A DNA stretch of 64,000 bases, taken from Pseudothermotoga sp. GTDB taxonomy: Bacteria; Thermotogota; Thermotogae; Thermotogales; DSM-5069. Numbering within the stretch: the stretch's first letter is position 1; each line of letters begins with the position of its first letter. A program made the translations under genes and the position numbers. Shown one piece after another: positions 60,035-64,000 of this stretch. Location: the NCBI GenBank assembly GCA_031962025.1, contig JAVRKW010000006.1; one strand, written 5' to 3'. The notes beneath the pieces are model-generated. The model saw nothing but the letters and a program-made list of their open reading frames with translations. It was not told the origin of the DNA and ran no database searches.

Positions 60035-60440
60035 GTAGAAGAACCATTTCATAAATGTAATGAGTGGTTTTTACAGAGAACCAGCCAGAAAGCACATCTC
60101 ATTTATGTGATTGTGATGAATGGATGTTCTTTCTTGAACCATACAGAAAAAAGTTTTTGGTGGTATCAGGAGAGTCAAGATGACAAAAGCAGAAAAAATC
60201 AAGCAAACTTTGCAACAGACTAAAGAAAAAAGAGAAAACCAGATACCTTTAGTGTACCAAGATAAACATGCTAAAGAGTGTAGGGCTGGATCGGTCCGAA
60301 ATAATGCTCGTGGAGTGGCAGATCTCTGCCAGGATATTTGGGAGTAATTCCTGTATACTGGTAAGTCATACCATGTAAAAGCGGGAAACCCAATCTCTGA
60401 TGGGAATCCTATCCCATTCATGGGATTGGGAGGAGGTCAA
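60035..60440 (+). mobile_element. Internally deleted IS200/IS605 (tnpA+tnpB) element retaining its omegaRNA/right end
   Basis: TnpA-like fragments (ESTSH...PYRKKFLV; YQESQ), TnpB-like N-terminus MTKAEKIKQTLQQTKEKRENQIPLVYQ joined out of frame to a C-tail INMLKSVGLDRSE...ARIFGSN, and right end GAATCCTATCCCATTCATGGGATTGGGAGGAGGTCAA. Confidence 0.7.
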
Positions 60441-60535
60441 CTTCACAGGCTTGACTTTTCATAATCAAAATAAAAAGCTTTAGAAAAACGGGTAAGTGCG
60501 AGAGAATGGAATAAGAGGCTTGGTTATTTGGTCAT

Positions 60536-60567
60536 AAAAAAGGCAGGGGAAATCCCCTGCCTTATTT
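60536..60567. terminator. Intrinsic terminator for the beta-propeller gene
   Basis: AAGGCAGGGGA-AA-TCCCCTGCCTT with a U tract on the minus strand. Confidence 0.85.
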
Positions 60568-60570
60568 GAA

Positions 60571-61731
60571 TCATTTTCCGGGATTTGGACCTGTATTTCC
60601 TGATCCATCGAGTTTTAAAACGTAAATATCTCCATTTATCGATCCAGCAACAATGTAGCCGTCATCAGAAGTCTGCTGAACGCTGTAAGCTTCATCATCA
60701 TCTTCATTGCCAAATGTCTTTTCCCACTGAAGATTTCCATTTGAATCGAGTTTCAAAACGTAAACATCTTTCCACCCGGCTCCAAAGGATTCTGTGCTTC
60801 CAGCAACAATGTATCCGCCATCTTTTGTTTGTTGAATACTGAAAGCCTCGTCATCCTTGCTCCCACCAAATGTTTTTTCCCATTGTATATTTCCATTTGA
60901 ATCGAGCTTTAAAACGTAAACATCTTTCCCTCCAACTCCAGAAGATCTTGTACTTCCAGCCACTATGTATCCACCGTCTTTTGTCTGTTGAATACTGAAA
61001 GCCACGTCACTATCGCTCCCACCAAATGTTTTTTCCCATTGTAGTTTCCCATTTGAATCGAGTTTTAGAATATGAACATCAAATTTTTGAGCTCCATAGG
61101 AATATCCAGCCACGATGTATCCACCATCTGTGGTTTGCTGTATGCTCGTTGCCATATCATCATCACTTCCACCAAATGTTTTTTCCCATTGTAGTTTCCC
61201 ATTTGAATCGAGTTTTAGAATATAAACATCAAATCTTCCAGCTCCAGAAGATCTTGTGCCTCCAGCCACAATGTATCCACCGTCTTTTGTTTGCTGAACG
61301 CTGAAAGCTCCATCGTTATCACTTCCACCGAATGTTTTTTCCCATTGCAGTTTTCCATTTGAATCGAGTTTCAAAACGTAAACATCTTCCCCCCTATCTC
61401 CAGAGAAGTATGTGTATCCAGCAACTATGTATCCACCGTCTTTTGTTTGTTGAATACTGAGAGCCTCATCACTGAATTTTCCACCAAACGTTTTCTCCCA
61501 TTTCAGCTTCCCATTCGGATCGAGTTTCAAGACGTAAACATCATCTTCTCCAGCTCCAGAGGAGTATGTGTATCCGGCAACTATGTATCCACCGTCTTTT
61601 GTTTGCTGAATACTTAAAGCTCGATCACCTTTGGTACCGCCGAATGTTTTTTGCCAGACCTGAGTACTACCATAGCTACTGACTGCCAGTAAGATCATTA
61701 TCAGCAGAAAAACTCTTAGATACTTTTTCAC
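60571..61731 (-). CDS. Secreted 7-repeat beta-propeller protein
   Basis: Signal peptide then seven ~50-52 aa repeats WEKTFGG..D.A.SIQQTKDGGYIVAG...DVYVLKLDSNG; GTG start after AGGGGG. Confidence 0.85.
   Translation of the reverse strand: MKKYLRVFLLIMILLAVSSYGSTQVWQKTFGGTKGDRALSIQQTKDGGYIVAGYTYSSGAGEDDVYVLKLDPNGKLKWEKTFGGKFSDEALSIQQTKDGGYIVAGYTYFSGDRGEDVYVLKLDSNGKLQWEKTFGGSDNDGAFSVQQTKDGGYIVAGGTRSSGAGRFDVYILKLDSNGKLQWEKTFGGSDDDMATSIQQTTDGGYIVAGYSYGAQKFDVHILKLDSNGKLQWEKTFGGSDSDVAFSIQQTKDGGYIVAGSTRSSGVGGKDVYVLKLDSNGNIQWEKTFGGSKDDEAFSIQQTKDGGYIVAGSTESFGAGWKDVYVLKLDSNGNLQWEKTFGNEDDDEAYSVQQTSDDGYIVAGSINGDIYVLKLDGSGNTGPNPGK
60600..61656. repeat. Intragenic tandem repeat, period ~150-156 bp
   Basis: For example, 61019-61073 is identical to 61169-61223; cccatttgaatcgagttt-like motif recurs. 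Confidence 0.9.
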
Positions 61732-61857
61732 GGTATATCCCCCCTTGATGGTTGAGTTAGGACAATTATATATCAATTATTTCAAAATTGTCAAAAATTT
61801 CAAATGAGAGATTGATCTTTAGCCTTGCTATATAATTTTGCCTGATGAGGTGGTATC

Positions 61858-64000
61858 GTGCAAAAGATAAAGAAAACTTTCACAGTGACTGGTATGACAT
61901 GTGCAACGTGCGCAAAAACCGTTGAAAGGGCTTTAAATAAAATTGAAGGTGTAGAATTTGCCGCAGTTAACCTGGCTACTTCAACGGGTTTTATCGTTGC
62001 AGAAAAAGAAATTCCCATCGAAGTGATTAAAGCCGCTGTTGAGCAAGCTGGTTATGGCATATCAACTCAGCCCTTAGAGGAAATAGAAAAGAAAAGATAC
62101 ACAGCTTTTAAAAGAAATCTGATACTGGCATGGGTTGCAACTTTGCCACTTGCACTGATGATGCTGTATCACATGCTGATAAGTCCTGTGAATTATTTTG
62201 TCTGGTTTGAGATTTTTATGGGAGGTTTTGTTGTTTTCTTTGTTGCAAAAGACACTATAAGAGGTGCATGGATTGCTCTTACACATAGACACACCAATAT
62301 GGATACGCTTATATTTTTTGGTTCAGTTGCGTCATGGCTCACCGCAGTTTTGGAAGTTGCTGGTCTTCCTGTCATGTCCTTTGGCAGTATAGGTGCGATG
62401 ATCGTAGCCTTTCACATAACTGGAAGATTTATAGAATCTCACCTAAGAGATCGAGCAAGTAAAGAGATTAAATCGCTTTTGAAACTTCAATCAAAAGAAG
62501 CACGTGTTGTAACGGAAAAAGGTGAGATCACCGTGCCGCTGGAAGCAGTAAAAGAAGGTTTGATCGTGTCGATCCTTCCATCTGAAAGAATACCTGTTGA
62601 TGGTGTTGTGATCTGGGGAAAATCTTCGGTTGATGAATCGGTTATAACTGGAGAATCGATACCAGTTCACAAAAAAGAAAACGATGAAGTGATAGGTGGT
62701 TCTGTTAATCTGACAGGTCCTTTAAAAGTGAAGGTGACCAGGGTTGGCGAAGATAGTTTTTTATCACAGATGATAAACTTAGTTCAGCAAGCTCAGGGCT
62801 CAAAAATACCTATTCAGGCGCTTGCAGATAGAATTACCATGTGGTTTGTACCAGCGATAATATCACTGGCAGTTACAGGTGCTGTTTTGTGGTATTTCAA
62901 CTTTGAAAAATTCGTACCTTTTCTTGATAAAATGAGCAAGATCTTCCCGTGGGTTATGAGCACGGTAGAGCCTTTCAATTTTGCAATTTTTGTGTTTGTT
63001 GCAACGATAGTTATAGCCTGCCCGTGTGCTCTTGGGTTAGCCACTCCGATGGCTCTTGTTACTGGAACAGGACTTGCCGCGAAAAAAGGTCTGTTGATAA
63101 GAAATGCCGAGGCTATTCAAACTTCTAAGGATGTAAAAGTGGTGTTGATGGATAAAACAGGTACTATTACTGAGGGAAAGCCAGCAGTAGTACAGCACAA
63201 CCTTGATGAAACTACCTTGAAAATAGTTGCAAGTATAGAAAAAAAACTCAAATCATCCGCTTGCCAAGGCTATATCTTCTACGGTCAGAGATTTTTTTGA
63301 GATAAAAGATATCGATGAGATAGTTGGTGAAGGAGTTAGAGCAAAAGTCGGCAAAGATGAATACTTTGTTGGAAGGCCGGTGAATATGGATCTGTATGAA
63401 GACTTTTACACACAAGGAAAGACAGTAGTTGAAGTGAGAAAGAATAATGATATTGTGGGATTTCTTGCCATAGAAGATACTATAAGAAGTGATTCGAAAG
63501 AAGCAGTGAACAGGCTTAAAAAAATGGGAATAAAACCGGTAATGGTAACGGGTGATAATCAGATAACAGCAAGGGCAGTGGCGAATAAAGTTGGCATACA
63601 GGAGGTTCATTTTGATGTTAAGCCTCAGGACAAGCTTGATATAGTGAGAAGATATCAGGCTAAGGGATTGAAGGTTGTCATGGTTGGTGACGGTATGAAC
63701 GATGCCGGTGCTTTGAAAGGTGCAGATGTTGGGATTGCCGTTGGCAGTGGAACTGATTTGGCGATCGACAGCGCGGATGTGATCATAATAAACGGTGGTA
63801 TATCCAGGATAGTTGATGTAATAGAAATATCCAAAAGGACTTTCAAAATCATAAAACAAAATCTTTTCTGGGCATTCTTTTATAATATTATAGCTGTACC
63901 AAGTGCAATGGCAGGGCTTTTGCATCCAATTATCGCTGAAATTGCCATGGCTTTGAGTTCTATAACTGTGGTTTTGAATTCACTTAGAATAGAAAGATCT
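61858..64000 (+). pseudogene. copA: Copper-translocating P1B-type ATPase with a +1 frameshift in an A8 run at 63239-63246 (continues past the window end)
   Basis: GMTCATC, TGES, CPCALGLATP, DKTGT; after the shift SNHPLAKAI, TGDN, GDGMNDA, YN. Confidence 0.88.

Noticed and set aside
59972..60421. ORF-track ORFs 59972-60223 (+) and 60071-60421 (-) as real genes
   Set aside because: They run through the IS605-type remnant, lack a clear RBS and show no family motifs beyond the TnpA tail.
60600..61656. Regular repeats as a CRISPR array or diversity-generating retroelement
   Set aside because: The period is 150-156 bp and in frame within a protein; there are no cas or reverse transcriptase genes and no adenine-specific TR/VR pair.

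Overview
A gene-dense, AT-rich bacterial chromosome segment. Gene content and order (DUF370-gmk-rpoZ-coaBC, ThyX, FolE2, Omp85, several Opp-type ABC transporters, a TM1459-like cupin, neelaredoxin) point to Thermotogota, probably Pseudothermotoga-like; this is an inference. Most of the window is housekeeping or metabolic. It holds the coaBC/rpoZ/gmk/yicC block, bamA, a DRTGG/CBS/PHP/HATPase signalling cassette, thyX-folE2-queD-znuBC, fliFGHI, yceD-rpmF-plsX-glmS-rsfS and tRNA-Ser(UGA)-fba. It also holds an anmK/serine hydrolase/Opp peptidoglycan-recycling locus, a second Opp carbohydrate transporter, an oxidative-stress cluster, a GntR-linked GlpA-like/FGGY kinase/alkyl-DHAP-synthase-like operon, a 7-repeat beta-propeller, and two frameshifted genes (a MATE transporter and copA). 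The most notable signal is non-coding. Two related short elements (261-392 and 50156-50343, minus strand) share the layout AAAGGAGGAAA-GAGYGCA...TGCRCTC hairpin-N7-ATGAAA and resemble internally deleted IscB/HEARO (omegaRNA) IS200/IS605 elements. Both end exactly at an ATGAA that is a host start codon, and they appear to supply a hairpin-split Shine-Dalgarno. A third, unrelated miniature element (~60035-60440) is a doubly deleted tnpA-tnpB IS605-type element that keeps its omegaRNA/right end. Family assignments come from remembered motifs, not from database searches.
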